Shown one piece after another: positions 60,064 to 64,000 of a DNA stretch of 64,000 bases. A model generated the notes under the pieces. The model saw only the letters and a list, made by a program, of their open reading frames with translations. It had not been told where the DNA came from and ran no database searches. A program made the translations under genes and the position numbers. Position 1 is the first letter of the stretch. Each line of letters starts with the position of its first letter. Origin of the DNA: Gordius albopunctatus. Taxonomy: Eukaryota. The stretch lies in contig OZ193909.1 of NCBI GenBank assembly GCA_964276515.1, positions 806,001 through 870,000 of the forward strand, given 5' to 3'.

Positions 60064-60452
60064 TAAAATGCCTGATTTTAATTGTTGTATTAAATGAAGG
60101 TATACGTTTATATACAAATATGCTATTAATGTTACATTAAAGACGTAATAACAAGTAATCATTTTTAACACATACTATAATAGTGAATTACATATTTAAA
60201 TTGAAATAAGTTTAATAGAAGTAAATGTAAAGCAAGCTCGATGTATTTATGTAAATGTTGTTTACGTAAGAGAAAAAATTATTAAAATTATACGTTAAAC
60301 TTTTGACATTCCTAAAAAAATATCTTTACTTAATTAATAAATTATATGTCTAAAACCTCGTTATAAAAATAAAACAGAACTTAATTAAGAGGTTGCAAAT
60401 AATGAATAAAAAGCTATTTTTTTATTAATTGTCACATTTAGCGAGTCACGAC

Positions 60453-61821
60453 TACGCCTCTGGATTTCGATTTTTTTCCAAAAAATATTTGATTCGAGAT
60501 TCGTCGAATATTAAAATGAAGATTCGAATTCGATTCGAAAAAAATTTAAGGATTCGAAATCGATTCGAAAATATATTAAGTTGATTTTATTATTAAAAAA
60601 CACATTAAAAAGGCTACTATGATTTTTTAATTAGCATATACATTTGAAAAATTTATTTGAAATATATTTAAAAATATACCCACATTGGAAATAAAAATAT
60701 TAAAGGCGAACAAAAAACTATGGCCATATGTGTAAATCAAAAACCGTTTTTGGCCAACTTTTAAGGCAAATTATCTTCCTAACAAATTCTGTTAATAAAT
60801 TGGTTCCGGTTGAAAATATTCTTTCGCACGGGGTAGATAATCCACCGATAGAGAGAAGATTTTTTGCAAATTTTTAGATGGCTGGAAAACGACGTTGATT
60901 TGATTTCTACCATGTAAAGGCTCAACATTGGAGGCCACACGTGGTTTGTACAAAGATTTCTCCGATGGAGACTTCCAGTGTCGACACCTCGCTAGTTGAT
61001 ACAAAATTGGACTGACTTCCTATAGCAGTTTCCAAGACATCTTCAATTTCTCTATAGGATGCAATGTACTTTGAGCCTTAAATCGACGACACTTGCTAAT
61101 AAGACTATCTCTTATTGAATGTCATATATATTCAATTTTCTGTTTGGCCATCTTGACAGCATGATCTTCTATGCCTGGTTGATAATATACCGGTAATACC
61201 GAAGTTGATTGTGCGATTTGCCCACCGAATTTTAAATTAGTTGCACTGTAAGAGGAAAAAAGTATGAATTTAACCTTTTAAATTTGTTCTCATTCAATGT
61301 TGGATAGTAATTCCTACTAAAAGAACTTTAAAGGCCAAATTCAAAGCCTACCTTCTAAAATAGCTTTTTCTATCATTATATAGGTGCTGTTCCACCTGAC
61401 AACAATGTCAAGCTTTGCCTTTATGTAATTGATTGGTGGATTAAATTCTTTACATATAGCATTTAATCGTGAAATGTTTTGGGCTGTCTTGCAATTTTTA
61501 TCAAAGCCCATAAATCAATTAAATTGTGATCCTCGTTTTCTATAACTTATGTAAGTTTAAAAAATTTGTAATTAAACTTTTTAAAATTGTAGCAGGAAAA
61601 ATTAATAAAATGCGGTAAGATAAAAATAGCTAAATATTTGAGTCTCGTCTATTTATATTAAACTGAAAAAAAAATAAAATTTGATTTTTTCAAGGATTCG
61701 ATTCGGATTTTCGAATCTTAGCAGCGTAAATATTCGATTCGAAACTTATACACATATGGATTCGAATTCGGGAATTCGAATCAAATCTCGAATTGAATCT
61801 CGAATATTTCACAGAGGCGTA
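60453..61821 (-). mobile_element. Degenerate hAT transposon
   Basis: TIRs TACGCCTCTG / CAGAGGCGTA, perfect 8-bp TSD GTCACGAC and GATTCGAA subterminal repeats. The interior is stop-ridden and transposase-like. Confidence 0.88.
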
Positions 61822-64000
61822 GTCACGACCTTGGAATACTAGTTGACTTAGCCAATTAATTGATCAAACTCATCGAAAAAACCTCTTTTAGTCACAACTT
61901 GAATTACTTAATAATAAATTCAAATGAATTTTTTTCAATTGCAGATCCCTAATTTTTTAGGAAAGCCTGTCTATAAAAGTTTAATCTATTCCGTTCGGTG
62001 TAAAATAAAGTATTAAGCGAGATTTGTTAAATGTAGAAAATAAATTTTTTTCGACTCACAAATATCTTATTTGAACATATTAGTTATTGTAAAAATAAGA
62101 ATTAATAAGTAAAATTCAAAAAAAATATGCATAATTGCTAGTTGATTTTACGTGATTGGTGCTTTAGACATTAAACTGAGCTTAGGGCCGGTTTCAGGTT
62201 GATATGACTAAAGTAATAGACCTGTTATACTTTCCAGTATAAAATAATGCAATGAATGTAAGCCCTGAGACAATATTTAACGTGGCACATCTCTAGTATA
62301 TGAATCGGATTTAATTGGATGGGACCTTAGTAAAAATGATCTTAAAATTAAGCATTCAAGAATAAACCATGTTAGGTTATATTTCTCTCCTAAATAAAGT
62401 TCCTAATAATACAGATGACTTTGATCTTTCTATTATAGGTTTGTTGAAAATTATTGAAAGGTCTACTTCTGTATTTAGTAAATAGAGATAGTAAGGGAAT
62501 CTATACCATCTTTTATTTTTCCTCAAATTTTTCATAAATAACCTTGCAGTTCATAAGGAAAAAATTAAAAGTGCAAATATAAAATAATGATATTTTAAAA
62601 ATATTTTTAGAAATGTTTTAGTTTCTTTGTTTTTAGCTAAATTAGAATTAGCTTTTTTTACAAAGGGGTTTGAAATGGAAGCAAAATAACTAAAGTTACG
62701 ATTACATTCTTTTAATGTTGACTTAAGGAAACTTGTTACATGCAAAATTTTTAACTTATTTTACATATAAAGTATAATCAATTTTTTTAATCATTAGGTA
62801 TTAAGTGAGGATTTGATATTAAAAGGATTCTTCATTTAAAAATTATTTCTCTTAAGAGCTCTAAAGAGCGCTACATGGTAGAGATATGTTACATTTTGGA
62901 AAAATACATGAATAAAAATAATCATTTGAATGACTGAATCAATAATTCTTTTATAGAATGTTCGCATTCTTTAAAGTTTATTTTATATTCATAATTACAA
63001 TTATTTCCTGGTATTTTTTTGGAGGAGGAATTAATAAAATTATTTAGTTTAATATATATTTAACATAATTATGGTATTACCTAATTAAAATTGTGGTACC
63101 TTTATGATTTGGATATCACTTTGTTCACATTCCTTCTTACAATATTTGAATACACATTATTTATACTCCTCCTTATTTTATTCACAATCATTATAATTTG
63201 AAAAGTCCCCAACTACCTTACGAGTTATTCATATTAAACTCTTTACAATGGTATATAAGCTAATGTTTAACGATAGAGATGATCTTTGGTTTTATACAAA
63301 TAAAGTAGGCTCAAATCCCTAAATAATTATATTCGTCACATTCAGCTTTTTAAAAGTAGGAAAGAACGTTGTAGAGACTAAGTTTATTTGCATTGGTCGG
63401 AGAGTCGAAAATAACGAGTATAAAAATCCTGATATATAATAGGAACTGTTTAAATTTTTCATTTTTATCAAAACTTTGTTTATAGATTTTTATGAGCATT
63501 GAGTCCATACATTTTTAGCGTCGTTTGCTGCAATGTCCTATAAGAGTTCACTCTTAGTTTAAAGGATGGCCATAAAAAGTCACGTAAATTATTAAATACT
63601 TCAAATATGGGTATTATTTTAACTTAATCGCAACATTTTATCTTTCGTCTTTGAAGTATTAAATATAATTTTAGTTTATAGCTATGGATATTAAGTTGGA
63701 ATATTTTTAATAAACATACTGAAAGAAAAGATTTTCTTAATAATTGAGGTTTATTTATAAATAATTGTGGATGATACATGCTAAATATATTAAATTAATA
63801 AACTGGCATAGCGCAATGTATTGAAATTGTATATTTTACAAATTCCATGGTGATTTTCTGCTTGATGTAAAAGAATTAATTGGGATTGTGTGTAATGGAG
63901 GTAATATATTTTGATATATTTAAGGAATTAGCTGCCCTCGGGACCTAAATTAAGGGTCGTGGCCCACTGGGACAAAAATGATATTGCCAAAGTATTTGTA

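Noticed and set aside
61830..64000. Possible exons at the right end of the window
   Set aside because: Only short AT-rich frames with no recognisable motif or consistent splice model.

Overview
This is AT-rich animal (invertebrate-like) genomic DNA with many very short introns (34-45 nt) and one 200-N scaffold gap. Manual GT-AG splice reconstruction gives six intron-containing genes: a CNNM/unextended-type Mg2+ transporter (+, 6038-16193); a 138-aa secreted neuropeptide precursor of orcokinin/pedal-peptide type that the ORF track shows only as a fragment (-, 16984-21491); adrenodoxin reductase FDXR (+, 27289-35181); a SAP + 2xRRM + RS/RGG RNA-binding protein (-, 35367-39302) that hosts a compact SNORD61-like C/D snoRNA; an atypical class A GPCR with a ~170-aa second extracellular loop (-, 51696-54697); and a small secreted single-VWC protein (-, 59106-60063). 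The rest is dense with transposons. The main block is a nest in which a Penelope-like relic is split by a TSD-bounded RTE LINE, which itself carries a CRE-like LINE, a hAT deletion derivative and an unclassified insert. A 3.5-kb hAT-like element duplicates an FDXR splice donor, and many MITE families are present. All gene models are read from sequence only and have no transcript support.
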